DNA of 64,000 nucleotides from the human T2T-CHM13v2.0 reference genome, Homo sapiens (GCF_009914755.1 NC_060934.1); one strand, 5' to 3'. Shown: positions 30,097 to 46,328, numbered from the stretch's first letter. The notes: generated by a model not told the origin, from the sequence alone. Program-made: numbers and translations.

Positions 30097-30512
30097 TGAT
30101 AAAGTTTGAATGTTTGTCTCCTCCAAATCTCATGTTGACATTTGATCCCCAATGTTGGAGGTGGGGCCCACTGGGAGGTGTTTTGGTTGTGGGGGCAGAT
30201 CCTTCATGAATGGCTTGGTGCTGTCTTCACGGGATTAAGTTCTCACTCCTACTTCCCATGAGATCTTATTGTTAAAAAGAATCTGATACCTTCCTCCCCT
30301 CTCTTGCTCTCTTCCTCCCTGATCATGTGACACACGGGTTCCCCTTTGCCTTCCACCATGATGGAGGCTTCCTGAGGCCCTCAACAGAAGCAGATGCTGG
30401 CGCCATGCTTCTTGTACAGCCTGCAGAATTGTGTGAGCCAAATAAACCTCTTTTCCTTATATATTACCCAGCCTCAGGTATTTGTTTATAGCAATAAAAA
30501 CAGACTGAGACA
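30097..30512 (+). mobile_element. MSTB-type solo LTR
   Basis: tgataaagtttgaatgtttgtctcctccaaatctcatgttg...aataaacctcttttc...cagactgagaca. Confidence 0.85.
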
Positions 30513-31004
30513 CATGATGAAGACCCTTTGATATCCTATAAATATTGATATCTCTCCCTGAGAGAAGAGCATGAATCTAAGTGATGCCATTACTGTAATG
30601 TGAATTCCACAACTCTCCTCAAAGATGTGGCCCATATGTTCCTAATAATGGCTTTCTAAGAATCTGTTCTGAAGGGGTACCTTCTCTCTGATTTTCATTT
30701 GCATTTCCTGCTTAGCTTACACACTTCACCTTGCCTACCCACCTGTCCTGACCCCAATAACCTCCATCATCAGACATCTCATCTTACCTACCTACTTTCT
30801 ACTTTTCCCAGTCCTTCCCGTGCTTCATAAACCATGATCATGAGCTAGAGACACAAGGTCATAGCTAAGGAGTTGGGATCAGAAAATCGCCTTCTGTGAT
30901 TTTCCATTATTCTCAATACATAACTTCAACAAAATCAAGAAAAGCATGAAAGGACATCCTAAGGGGTCAGGTGAGGTTGCAGTGGGGTTAATCGGTCAAT
31001 AGTT

Positions 31005-31985
31005 TCTTTATGCCAATTAGGATTTCTGCAGAAAACAATGAAACACTGGTTTAAACAGTAAAAATATTTTAATTCCTTACAGAAGCCCATGGAACATACA
31101 CTCCAGGTTTAATTCATCAGCTGAATAGCATCATCAATGACTTAGGTTCTTTCCACTTTCTGCTTGTCATCTAACTGTGTTGGCTTTATTTTCAAGCTAG
31201 CTCCTCCCTGGTTGCAAGATAATTGCAGCAGGTTTAGTTATCATATTCGGACATGCTAACACCCAGGGTAGTGATCCCTTCCTTGCATTTCTTTCTCATT
31301 TTAAGAACAAAGTGTTTAAAAAATTATACTTAAAATTATTGGCATCTCTGTCAATTGAAAGATGTCAATCTCTTTCATTTTTCCTAATCACTAATAACAT
31401 CTACTAAAAACAAAATGTCTGTGTAAATAATTTATTTGAATAAAATTAAAGTTGTTGAGTGAGCTCGGCTTTTGAGGAGTGGGAAAGGAGGGGTGCATAG
31501 ATTAGTGGAAGATGAGAAGCTAGTGGGGCTCAAGTCCAGCAGGAGCAGAAGTTTGGAGCCAGGACTTCCTAGCCTCTCAGGGTTTTTTTTTTAACTTCCT
31601 TACCTGAAATGATTTGTGCTATACAACTTGTCCTGGCTAAACTTTCTTAATCTCAACTGTTTCATTTAATCAATAACAACTACTGTGCCACCTTCATAAT
31701 ATCAATTTTCAGCATTTCATTTACTGAATATCATTTCCTTTCCTTCCAGACTATTTTACTGTGTCAAATTCAATATTCCTTTGACTCAATAGGATCTCCA
31801 ATCCAGTGACCCCATTACTTGTTTGCTTATTAGGACAAGAAAAACAAACTTTCCCAGAAACTCCCCAGTAGACTGCTCCTCATATCTCATTGGCTAGAAC
31901 TGAGTTGCGTGCCCATTCCTAAAACAAAACTGGCAAGAAAGATAGTTACCAAGATTGGTTCAGACCAAATCAGGATTTTTTCCTG
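31005..31985 (-). mobile_element. Old MLT1J/K-like LTR fragments
   Basis: aggttctttccactttctgct...ggttgcaagataattgcagcag and catatctcattggctagaactgagttgcgtgcccattcctaa. Confidence 0.5.
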
Positions 31986-32986
31986 AGGAGAGGATAAAGT
32001 GAGCTTCCCGGGAGGCAAATATTTACACATTCCAAAGATTCCAAAGAAAAAAAGAGAATAAATACTGGGTCGTTAACTAATAGTAAGTGGTACGGTATTA
32101 CAGGTAAAATTTATCCTTTTAGCCCTAGCAACAAGTGACACCTTCTGAAGCCATTATTCATTTGTCAGGAATAGGGCAAGTATTAGGAAAAGAAACACAA
32201 AAATAAACTCTGTTTCCATTTATTGCATTCTAGCACTGGTTCTACCAAATATTTGTTGGATGACTTTAGGTAAAGCATCTAGCCTCTCTGTCTTGATTGC
32301 CACATCCACAATATGAGATAAATATTATTCTGCATACTTCCTGGGAGAGCTGGGAAGATAAAGTCAGATCATTATACCACATAAAGCAAAGCAATAACAC
32401 TTCCATATTTTAGCTTCCCACACTGCCTATCTGTCCTATTTTCATTTATTCATTTATACTTTTCAACAAACAGTTGCTAGTAGTTTGCTTAATGTAAGAT
32501 ATGGGATGAATATTTTCATGATGGCCCCTGCATCTAAGTTATCATTTAGCAGTACCTGCCTTATCTCTTGTACCGAATCAGATTAGACAGCATAGGAAGA
32601 ATGAAAAGGTGAGGTGGGATAATAAGGAATGTTGTTTGTGGAAACATAATGGTTGCTTCAATTTGAGTGTAAACTGTCCTTTTTACTGAAGCAATTGCAA
32701 CCAAGTGTGTGAGTTCACAGGTGCCTACCTTGCTTTTTTGGCTTAGGTATTGTTTGGGTTTTAATACTGACTGATATATAATACAGACAAATCAACTCAA
32801 TCAAAGAAACCAACTCAATCAAAGAAAGATGGGTCTACATACAACAAAACTGAACAAAATCTGCAAGAAGAGTGATTCATACATGGGCTATTGAGGCAAC
32901 ATGAAATGGACATTAATTGACTAAGTAAAAAACAGATTTCTTGAAGAATTAATAAAGAACTTTTGTTTTGGAAGTTCTCTATTGTT

Positions 32987-33165
32987 TAAAATTAGCCAGA
33001 TGTGGTGGCCTGCACCTACAGTCCCAGCTACTCAGGAGGCTGAGGTGGAAGGATCACTTGAGCCCAAGAGGCGGAGGTTGCAGTGAGCTGAGACTGTGCC
33101 GCTGCACTACAGACAGCCTCCTGCGTGACAGAGCCAGACCCTGTCTCAAAACGTGGGGGGGAAGA
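32987..33165 (+). mobile_element. Alu right monomer (5'-truncated AluJ/FRAM)
   Basis: TSD aagttctctattgttt on both sides. Confidence 0.88.
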
Positions 33166-33638
33166 AAGTTCTCTATTGTTTGAAATAATAAGGAAACATT
33201 AAAGGCTCTAAAGTCAGCTAACCAATAGTCCTAAAAATAGAATGGCTCAAAAAGATTGTCCAATTTTGGAAAACTAACATTTCAAAAAGTTGTTTCACTT
33301 TTTATGAATCCTAAGATTTCCATATCCTAGAAAACTAACATCTCAGAAAAAAAAAAAAGATGGTAAAACACAATTGCCATCATCTATGCCTGTTCTGTAA
33401 AAATACAGAGAAGAAGAGAGTGTTTGGTTTTTTTAACCAGGATTTGGAAAGCCATTATTTATCTCTGTGATAGAATAACAATATGTTTTGGATGGAGGGT
33501 AATTCTAGGGGAAATTATATTTCTGAACAACAGTGTTGGTTTGTGCAGGAAAATCACCAAAGAACATGACTAGAAAGTGTATAGCTACAGTTTCCCTCTT
33601 TTAAATGGGAATAGCAAAACATATAAAGAATATTGATA

Positions 33639-33982
<344 letters not shown>

Positions 33983-34689
33983 CTAGTTTCTCAAGTAGTT
34001 CTGTGGATTTAGAACCAACATTTGCTGAGGGGAAAGAATTACCAACATCAAAGTCCTAGGATGTGTCAGGGCACCAGAAGAGAAGTTTTGTCACTGTAAA
34101 ATAACTCTCTTGGCAGAGCATGATAGAGACTGTAAACAGCAGGTTACTTCAATGGTTATGTGCGATTCAGTGAAGATCTCTACATTAATTGAAGCACAAC
34201 TCAAGCAATTCAATGTAGCTCTGATATGCTGGAGAACAATCTAGCAGTTAGCTATCAGCGGTGGTGTGGTTCCTTTTAAGCAAAGGTAGCTTGTAGTCTT
34301 CAGACTTGTGACCTGTGCAGCCTCCACATTCAAGTGAGGTTAAAGGGACTGCTGTTGGAACATGGATCACTCCAGGCCTATCTGTACACATGGACCCCTC
34401 TTCTGTTGGCTTCCACTGCAACAAAAAGCCAATAAACACTAAATCAACATCTGGCAACTGTTAAAAGAGGAATGATGCAACAGCAGGGCAGAAAGATAAG
34501 AAAGCTCAAACTTTCCTGGCATAGGCACAAAGTTCGTTGCTTAATGTAGTTATGAGATAATAAATATCTATGAAAAACTATTTGTCAGTTTATTTAAGAG
34601 AGACGTGATAATAAGAAACCCTTTAATTCTGCTTAATAAAAGCAACTGATATTTATTTGGGGGCAGAAACTATATAAAGTCTTTATATA

Positions 34690-34860
34690 AGCTGTTTCGT
34701 TTAATCCTCTCAACAGTCTCATGGCTAGGTATTATTATCCCCACTTTACAATGAAAAAGAATGGTGGCAAAATAATTTAATTTTTTAAATATTTCACAGG
34801 TAATAAGAGATGAAGCTGGAATCTGAAAACCAGAAAGTCTAACTTCTGAGACCATGTTCT
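34690..34860 (-). mobile_element. MIR SINE
   Basis: tttaatcctctcaacag...ggtattattatccccactttaca. Confidence 0.65.
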
Positions 34861-35021
34861 TAGTATTGTATATGCTTACATAGAGAGCCTTGCTGTTTCC
34901 CTACAGAATTTAGCTGTTTCCTTTCCTTTATTGTTTCATCCCCAGAAAACTATCTTAGTAACCTCTTTAAAAGTAAAGTAGATGGCTGTTAACTTAAAAT
35001 ACTATATATGACACCATGTAA

Positions 35022-35345
<324 letters not shown>

Positions 35346-37477
35346 TGAATGACTATTTTTGAAATCCTATGGATAATCTGGCAAAAATAATTGAGCTTAT
35401 CCTTTCGTATAGTGGATTGATTAGAAATGAAGTTCTACTCAAGACCCATTAATGTAGGACCATCAAGTTAAACTTTTTTTCTTTTCCACTCTGAAAAAAT
35501 ACAACAGATAATGTTTGCTTCTAAATAAAATTGCAGAACCACTAGCAATTCATTCTCAGTTGGATCTCCAGAGCTGACCATACAAACTTCTACTTGTTTC
35601 TCCCATTCCTCTTAGTTGTCAATCCTTTCCCATTACTTTCCCATTTCTCTCAGTTGCAAATCCAAACCATTTTCACATTTCAAGACTTAATTCCTATTCC
35701 CCCATCTTTCAAACTTGTCTCCTATGTTACTGTGGAAACTGAGGCCATCAGACTTGAATTCTATGAACTCTCTCCTGCCAGATCTACAAATTTATCCCCA
35801 TGTTCACCCATCCTTCTAACATTCTCTTAGAAGATAAGGTCTCATCTCCTTCTGGCCCAAATCAAATTCTCTACCTGTGTTTTTGGTTCTGTCCTCTCCC
35901 ATCTCTGCAAGGACCTTGAACCATTAATTTTCCTTTCTGCCTCTTGTATTGTGTTAGATTTGCCAAATATATTGCTCCCATACCCACAATTTCTTATGAG
36001 GGGAGGTGATGTTCCCATGATCTCTGCAAAGGAATAGCCATGTTTCGCACTATGCAAACTTCTCTGTACTACATGATTGGACCAAGTGGGCACCTATGTC
36101 AAAGGGCATCCAATTTACAGAGTGCCCAGATAATTCAGACATGGTCTGGCATGAAATGAGGAGCACGGCCTGTGACCTTTTTAAATTTTTTCAAAGGCTG
36201 CTTAGTGCTCTAAGAACAAGATATCCATTTTAAGTGAAATGAGTGGATTTTTATTATTAGAAAAGTTATGAAATGATCTTTGATGCATGTGTTGCCTGTG
36301 AAAGTCATTCACTTTAATGTTCAGTGGGAGTAAGTGTAATCCATGTAATTGCTAGAAAGCTAGGCATCTTAGCACAGGAATAATCACACTGAACATTAGT
36401 AATGATAAAAATATCATTTATAGCGGCCTATCATATGGATTTTAAATACATCATCTCTGTCATGATAATCCCATGATATAGGTTCTAATATTACCAATTT
36501 TCAGATAAAAAAAAAAAACTAAGGCCCAGAGAACTTGGGTCACTCAATTAATAAGCAGCAGAGCTAATTAGAGTCTGGGTCCAAAGCTTAAGCACTCTTC
36601 GTCTTCTTTATATTTGGCTTTTTCCTAGCCAAAAACATGGAGGCATTGCTTACTTTTACTTTATCATTGTTATCTTGGCATAACATCAAAATAATTAGGA
36701 GCTGATATACCTAAGTGTATAAAACAGGATAAAATTAATTGATGAGGAATTAGATAAGGAAAATAAAATCAAACTAGGGGCAAATTTCATGTATAAAAAT
36801 GTGTACTGTGCCATACATTTTGTAAGTGGAGTCTCTAAAGATTGCTTCATAAGGAAGAAGTGAATAATGACTTTGGGAACACTTGGTAACCCCTAGGACT
36901 CAAAAGATTGGGTGTGAGAAGTTATTAGTAAGCATATGTATTAGGCAAAATACAGTGAGATGAACCTGGAACAAATGCTCGCTGAATGCACTTAGAAATA
37001 TTATCAGGCGACTCAGCCTATAGAGCATACGGGTTAGAATGTCTATTTTAAGAAGGAGCGGATATTTACTAAATGCTAATTTGAGCAAAGTTCTACAAAA
37101 ATATCACTGACCATGAATATTCAGGCATTGACATGCTACAAAATAGCATATCGAAAAGAACATCTGTTGCCCTAAAGATGGTTTCCTGCACAGAACGTCT
37201 CCAAATTTTCAGCATTCATAGGCTGGCCCCGTTTCTTCTTGGTTAACATTTAGAGGCACGCCTAAACTTAGAGGAACACCTCTCTAAACCAAGGAGACAC
37301 TTAAAGAGAAAAGGAGTAAAGATGGTGATGGGCTTATAAAGAGCAATGTAATAGTGTCTTTGAAGCAAAAGCTAACTTAATGAAAACGTGGTCCCAATTT
37401 CCTTAAATCTGGATCACCGTACGACTTCTGTAATACTTATTATTTCCCCAGCTGGCAAATAAACTGGAGTTCAAGTG

Positions 37478-37551
37478 GGAAAAAACAAGGTATTGTTCAG
37501 ACTTATGATTTTTGGGGTCAAAGATTCTGAGCAATAACCTATTAAAAAACC
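37478..37551 (+). ncRNA. MIR4678: Pre-miRNA hairpin MIR4678 (mature-like AAGGTATTGTTCAGACTTATGA at 37487-37508)
   Basis: Arms AGGTATTGTTCAGA / TCTGAGCAATAACCT are complementary (one bulge, one G-U); sequence and position upstream of MINPP1 match my recollection of hsa-mir-4678. Confidence 0.75.
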
Positions 37552-38169
37552 CAGCTTTTGATTTGAGTATGTAAGTAAGTACATGGGAGGAACGTATGGA
37601 TCTGGAGTGGTGGTAAATACAGAGCATGTTTGCTTCGCAAAGCAGATTAGCTCATACTTAATAATAGAGTAAATCTGTTGGGCCATGACTCAATGCACCC
37701 AAATTCTCTAGATTGCTATGTCTCTACTCGCTAAGCCTTCGGGAACAACAAGCACAGAACTTTTAGGGTGCTGTCTCACTGATGTCGGCGTTAGCTCTGG
37801 TAGTCCAGGTCAAGATTATACCAAAGATTCAGGACTTAAATTCCTGCAGAATGTAAGCCCCTTTCCAAGTTCTCTGCTTTACTGTATCCTGTTTATTTTC
37901 AAACTCAAATGGAAAAAAACGAAACAAAAACCTTGGGCTTCAAGAGGCATCCTGCCGCAAGGCCCAGCGATGTGAATTTTCAACAACCGTCTCAGGCAGA
38001 TTTCATGCTGATGGTTCAGGCACTAAACTTTGAAAAACACAGTATCACAGAGTAGGGATGGTGATGTAAGAGTCATCTGTAAAAGCTGTGCTGTTTTGGC
38101 AGCCTGGGAGGCTAAGGTTTAGTCTAGGCGACTAAGGTTTAGTCCGGGCTGTATTCACACCCAAAACAA

Positions 38170-39560
<1,391 letters not shown>

Positions 39561-39979
39561 AGAATCTAGAATTTTCTTCCTCGGGCTTTGCTTCCGATAC
39601 TAGTTTTTCCTTCTTTCTTTTTTTTTTTTTTTAAACTCATCATCTTTTTCAGATGACAGTTTTAGACCTACACCCTGTTTTAGGAACCTGATCTCAAGCC
39701 TTTGTGTCCTCCTTTTTTCTTCTGTTTTGTTCATGTTTTTACTGTAGCGTTCCCATCGTTGTAGCTGTGGTCCGTGGTCACAAGCAGTAACAACTCATTT
39801 ATTCCATTAATTACACTTTTTCGAAATTTGAGAAATCATCTAGTAAGGCCCCGTTATTTCACAGGTGAAGAACCCGAGCCCAAGAGTATGCCTTCTTAAT
39901 TGTCTTTCTCTAAGGTCTAGTATCCAAGTCTTCTGTTTTCCTAGAATGGTTCTTTTTCTCTTAGAAAATGTTGTAATAG

Positions 39980-40220
39980 TTACAAATAATAATGATAGCA
40001 TACACCTCATGCCTATTGTATGCCAGGTATGCCTCACATTTATTTTACAAAATCCTTACAACCACAATCTGGAGTTGATAGTATTTTCCCCTTATCTCAA
40101 AGATGAGGAAATTGATACACGAACACATTAAATAATTTGCCCATTTTCATACAGCTAGCTGTGGACCCAGGAAATCTGATTCAGAGCTTGCTTTCTTAGC
40201 CATTATGCTATACTGCCTCC
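39980..40220 (-). mobile_element. MIR SINE
   Basis: gcctattgtatgccaggt...aatccttacaaccac...aagatgaggaaattga...aatttgccc. Confidence 0.7.
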
Positions 40221-41801
40221 ATTTGTCCAATAACATACCTAATAAGAATAAAAACATGTAACATTTTTGTACCACAGAGATGAGCAAGCATTAATAGTTT
40301 CTTGATCACTTTTAAGGCCAGAATTGAAGTGAGGATTATTGTTTAGCTTCAAAGCCCAAGTGAAAAATTAGAAGTAGGCTGGTTTGTAATTTCTTCTGTA
40401 GCTGTTGAACAGTGAAACCATCTGTAAGGGATTTCTCCACTGATTCTGTGTCATGTTATTGTGGGTAATTCAGTTAGCTGACTTGTGTCTAATTACTTGT
40501 TGAACTGTGTTTTTTTTTAAATATATACTTTTTCCATTAGCATGAGTGAAAATTCCTCATAAATCTGTTAAATTAACAGAATGGTGAAAGCAGAACATAT
40601 TTTAATATAACACAATATCTATAGCGACTTCCTGGAACAAGTGAATTTTTGTTCTCAGATGGCATTGCGAAGACTGGCATTTGACTCTCAGTACAGAGCC
40701 AGGGATGAAAATACTACAGTTCAGAATAAGCCCACTCCTGACCGTTTTCAGTGTCAGATAGCAAACCCTTTGCCTAGCCACTTTATTATTCTCTATAGAC
40801 AATAGTTTTGCCTATTATGTACATCTGGTCTTTTGAGGGAGTCTGCTGAATTAGATTTGTAGTTTTGTAGAAACAGAACAATGCCTTTGTTTTTGTTTAA
40901 AGACTAGCAATAATTAGATAGTAACAAGGATAAAATACCCAGATGCACTTGGGAAATTATATTTTAGTGTACACAGAAAAAAGGTGACAAAGTTCGCTTA
41001 TTTTCCTAGTCAAGATATTTTCTTAAGAATTGCAATCCAGTTGACAAAGTGGGCAGAATTATCCATTTCAAGAGAAACAAACATACATACTGATTTTTTT
41101 TGCATACACATCCAAAGCCCAGATAAAACTATATTCAATTTTCTCATATTTTATGTACAAAAATGATATACTTGGTGTTCTTTTCGTGGTAAATTGTTGG
41201 AGAAATGATTGAAAAATGTGTGTTTTGAATATGACTGAAAAAAACGTAAAGGGCACACCAGTAGTTGAAGCATGATTATGAATGCTTCTCCAATACATAT
41301 TTGTTGCCCAATTGGGGGCATAATGTAATTTATTAAATTTTATATAGAAAGTTATCTGGGGCTTCAGTTAAAAGATAAACCAATTCACAGGCCCAGCACA
41401 GTGAAGCACAGGAGACCCAAAACATCAGTGCGTTTTGTGCTGCTGTCAGTAGTTTTTGTCCAAAGCAGAATCTTTGTAAAGTAATACAGAGTTGGGAAGG
41501 TTAATTGAGAAAATAAAATACTCTGTTTAGACTTTGGCTTAGAGTGAAAAAATAGATTCCATATGTTGAATTCTCTCTCACCTTGTAAGTAGAAACTTTG
41601 CTGATTTTTAGTTTGCTTTCTAAAGTTTTCCGTGCCTGACAGAAACAGTACTTATTAATGTATGATGCAATTTCATTGCGTAGCATCTCTACAACACATT
41701 TAATCTTCAATCTCTATTTCTTTAGCCTTTTCTAGCTATTCTCATGCGTTACAGCCATTATAAATGGGGAATAATTTTACCCCAAGAGTTTCCTGACCAA
41801 T

Positions 41802-41835
41802 ATGTGCTTATTTCAGCTGTGCGGATTAGTAAGAT
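41802..41835 (+). CDS. MINPP1: Candidate alternative first coding exon of MINPP1 (MCLFQLCGLVR-Y)
   Basis: ATG at 41802, donor AGAT|GTTAGT at 41836, 97-nt intron to the exon 2 acceptor, phase 1 so in frame; matches my recollection of a short annotated isoform N-terminus. Confidence 0.6.
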
Positions 41836-41932
41836 GTTAGTGTTCCTTTTTCACACTTAACATTTTCAATAATTTGAAACTGTCATTTATGTCAGTGATT
41901 TACAAATACATATAAATTTTTTTCTCTTTCAG

Positions 41933-42130
41933 ATATGGAGTTTGGACCTCCAACAGTTAATGATAAACTAATGAGATTTTTTGATCACTGTGAGAAGTTT
42001 TTAACTGAAGTAGAAAAAAATGCTACAGCTCTTTATCACGTGGAAGCCTTCAAAACTGGACCAGAAATGCAGAACATTTTAAAAAAAGTTGCAGCTACTT
42101 TGCAAGTGCCAGTAAATGATTTAAATGCAG
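41933..42130 (+). CDS. MINPP1: MINPP1 exon 2
   Basis: Acceptor ttttctctttcAG, donor CAG|GTAATA; 198 nt, phase 1-1; (D)[19 protein letters not shown]...VNDLNA. Confidence 0.97.
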
Positions 42131-43584
42131 GTAATATGTCTGTTGTCTTTTATTTGAACTTAACAGTTTAAATAATTTTGAACTGTGAAAATGAAAACAT
42201 AAGGAAACAGTCTTTTTTAAAGACCCATAATTGATCTACATTAAGAAAATAATATGTTCTGGGTCAAAAAAATTGTATACCTTGTGCTTACTATTTACCA
42301 TTTTTAGATTCATATTCTTCTTTGAGTGTTATTTAAATTACTGTACAAGATTCTAGTTATATTCTGGAGTTTTTTTGAGGGCAGAGTAATATAAAGCCTC
42401 AACTGTAGGCATTATTTTTAAAACAAATTATCTTTTCTGAATTTCCCCCTGATAAAGTGATACAAATGGAAAAATCATATAAATTCTTTAGCTTTTGAAG
42501 CAGTTCAAAAGTACCTGTTAATGTGTAAGAGGGGTAAGTTTTAGAAAGTGAAAAGCAAAGTACTATGATGTTTTTTGAGTTATATGTAGCAATGCTGAGA
42601 AGATGAGCAGTCATGTCTATCATAAGTTATTGCAGTGGATGGGCTGACTATGCAACTTACCATCCAAACTGGTGGGACACTTTCGAAAGTGAAAGGGAAC
42701 ACTATTAATAATTTTGCCAGGAAAGCAGGTGGGAAACCATGGCACATGGTCACCTAGCAATGGGAGATTAAGAAAATAAGATTTTTTTCTGTTTTCTAGG
42801 AATTTATGTTCCATAGGGTAGATGTTGACAAAGATACATGCAAAGATTGTAGATTACATTATACTCTGAATTAATTTCCAAAAGACTGGAAGTAGATGTT
42901 GGGGAAAAAATAGATTAGAATTTATCAGTCACAGGGCCTGGATGCTTTATAAGGATCAAAAAGAAGATGCCTAGACTAGCATTTGAAATTGAATTTTTTC
43001 TCTCTCTCCAAACTGGCAGTACATTGGCATCGCCTGTGGAGCTTTAAAAATTATTTACTTTATTGGGAAATAATTCAAACACGAAGATAACAAAAAAGGC
43101 TAATGTGGTGAACATCCCTATACCCACAACTTGGTTTTACTAAATTTTAACTTTGTGCTTCAGTTACTTGCCTTAAATAAATTGAGGTCTACTGGTCCCT
43201 TTCCTGGATCCCATTCTTCTTCCTTTCTCACCAGTGGTAATTGTTGTCATGAATTGAGCATTTATATTATCCCATGCCAGTTTTATACATAAATGGGATA
43301 TTGTTTTGCAGATTTTAAAACTTTTAAGAGTGGTATCAAAGTTTATACCAGTCCAAAATTCTATTTTTATGCAACTTTTTGTTTTTGATGTAATGTTTGC
43401 AATTCTAGTCCTACATTTTAAATGTATGTATTTCATTCTACATCTATACCAATATCTAGCCATTATTCTGTTAGTAGGCAGTTAGGTTGTTGAAAAAGAT
43501 TTTTTAAAACTATGTTTAGTCTCTGAATGGGCAAGAATTATGTATTTTACTGATGAAGTAACTGACAGCAACTTCTTTTTGGAA

Positions 43585-43840
43585 GCAGTATTAAGTATAG
43601 TGGTTAAAATAATGGATTCTGGAATTGGACTATTTGCATTTGAATCTTGACTCTACTATCCTATTGAATAACTATGATTTTTGACAAGTTTATTAATGTC
43701 TTTATGCCACAGTTTCCTTTTCTGTAAAATGAACATGGGAATTATTCTTGTCTTATAGGATTATTGCAAAGATTATATAAGATTAATTCATACAAAGCAT
43801 TTAGTACCTGGCGCAGTAATTGCGCAATAAATACTTTTGC
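43585..43840 (+). mobile_element. MIR SINE
   Basis: tatagtggttaaaataatggattctggaattggact...cagtttccttttctgtaaaatg...aaagcatttagtacctggc. Confidence 0.85.
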
Positions 43841-44175
43841 TATTTAAATACCCTTTTGTTTACATAGGGGGTGATGCTATATGTATTTTCAGTAACTTAC
43901 TATTTTTACTTAACAATATATTTGTCTCTAGACAAATATAGAACTGTCTCATTCTTTTAAATCCTGTGTTATTTCATGGGACATATGAATGACTCGATTT
44001 GTAAGTCAATGCTAGTTAAATTGTTTAACCCATCATCGAATTTTACTGCTGTAAGAGGCTGTTGCTAATGCAGTCCAAATTCTTTTTATAGAAACCATTT
44101 TCCTACTGAAGTTTTTCTTAGTTTTTAACTCTTTCAGGTAATGCTACAGTGAACATTCTTGTAGTCTGTTTTTTA

Positions 44176-44402
<227 letters not shown>

Positions 44403-46328
44403 AAGATAAATAGGTGAAATTGCTGGGTTAACACACATGAATATTTTACATCTTGACATATATTTTTAAATTGTTCTCTGAAGGTGTAGTAAAAATTTAT
44501 ATCCACAGTATATGAGAATGTTCATTTTCCCATATCTTCCAACAGTAGATATTATTAGTCATTTTAATTTTCGCCAATTTGATTAATGAAAAATAGTATC
44601 TAGCTTTAATTTGCAGTTCTTTGATTACTTCTGAAAGTGAACATATTTTCATGTTTAGTAGCCATTTGCATTTCTTCTAAAAATTACCCCTTCATAATTT
44701 TGTTCATTTTCTATTGGGTTATTTTTGTTTTCTTATGAATCACAAATACCTTTTATGTATTATGGATATATTAATTATATCTTTTAATTCTGCCTGACAA
44801 AGGATTCGCCCTTTGCTTGTTGTATGTTGCTAATATTTTAATTTCTTGCTTATCTCTTAGGTTTGTTGATGGTGCCTTTGATTGCACAGAAGTTTACATC
44901 TTTTACATAGCCATATCTGTCTCTTCATTATGGCTTCTGAGTGTTGTATTTTGTCTAGGAATCCTCCCACCGCAAGATTATTATGTTTTCCTATTGTCTT
45001 CCTTTTTTGTTGTTTTATTTTTTTCTCAGGGGAGTGGAGGGAAAGGGTCTATTTCGTTTTTTAAATATTTAAATTTCTTATCCACCTGAAATATTTTTGA
45101 GGTTCTGAAAGATTGACCACGAAATCAGAAGGGTCATAACAGATAAGTCAGAGCTATAACTTAAATAAGATAGTGTATCTAACCTCTTTACTTTGTAAGT
45201 GGGGAAATTGACACTAAAGAGAGCTTACCCAGGATAATTAGTGGTAAAGTCAGGTCTCAGCCTGTCTTCATCTGATGCTTTTTCTCCCTGTACTCTGAAG
45301 AGTTTTTTGGTGAATTTTTTTTTTCTGGTAAACTCTCTTCCGGTTTAAGAATATACCATGTGGACTGACTTCATAGTTTCAGAATTAGAGCTTCGAGTGT
45401 AAATAAGCCAGGTCCTTTCATCAAATGTACCTGGTACTTACAAGCCACTATATTGTATCAGGTATTGAGATTATAAAACCTTTTCTTTACGTAAGCAAAG
45501 TTTTGAATGGCTTTTCTGTATATTCCCAATGAAATACATTTTTTTTGTATTATATACTGCCTCAGGAATTCTTTAAACTCAGAACTAGTGCAAAATGCAT
45601 GTAACGCCAGTTGATTTTTGGTCCCATTTTCCTTTAGGAAAACAGGAAAGGCAGTAAAATTAAAGAAAAATCAAAGCAATGGAGGCAACCACTGCAGTTG
45701 ACTTTTTTTTCTCTCTAGCATTAAATATCACCCACTTCTCATTGACTAGAGAGCAGCAGTGTTTTTATTTACTAACAAAGGCTACTTTTTATAGCCCAAG
45801 CATTCATTCCCTTATCACTTCTCTTCAATACCCATATGTATCTCAAAGTAATGTAATCAGCAAATTAGCAGTGTAAAAATGCTAGATAACTTATTCTGAA
45901 ATCCACTTCCGAAATCATTTGAGCAGCTAAGTTTGAAAAACTCATGTTGGTACCAACATTTCTCTCTTTAGTGTGTGATTTTTCCCTTTTTGTGCTTCTC
46001 CTCCTTGGCTGTCTCTCCTTTCTCCTTCCCCCTCACTTACCTTGCACTTCCTTCCCTCTCCATCTCTGTAGTCTTCTCTCTCCTTTTATATCTTTTCTGT
46101 ACTTACTGCTGCTTCTTAGTTATAAAATGAATTGTATAATTTAAACTGTTTAATAAATGTACTTTGTTATTTGTAATTTTCAAGTCGGGTACTAAAACCT
46201 TTATAACCTTAGCCCCCCTCCTTGAACCCTCTAAAATTAACAAAATCATATTAAGTTTTATATAGCAAGTCCTTGGGTTATACTTTTTGTTGATATTGCT
46301 AGGCAAATATGCTCTTAACAAGTAATTG

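Noticed and set aside
45960-46160. Long pyrimidine-rich tract followed by AATAAA in intron 2
   Set aside because: Low-complexity sequence; AATAAA is frequent in AT-rich introns and no exon boundaries could be supported
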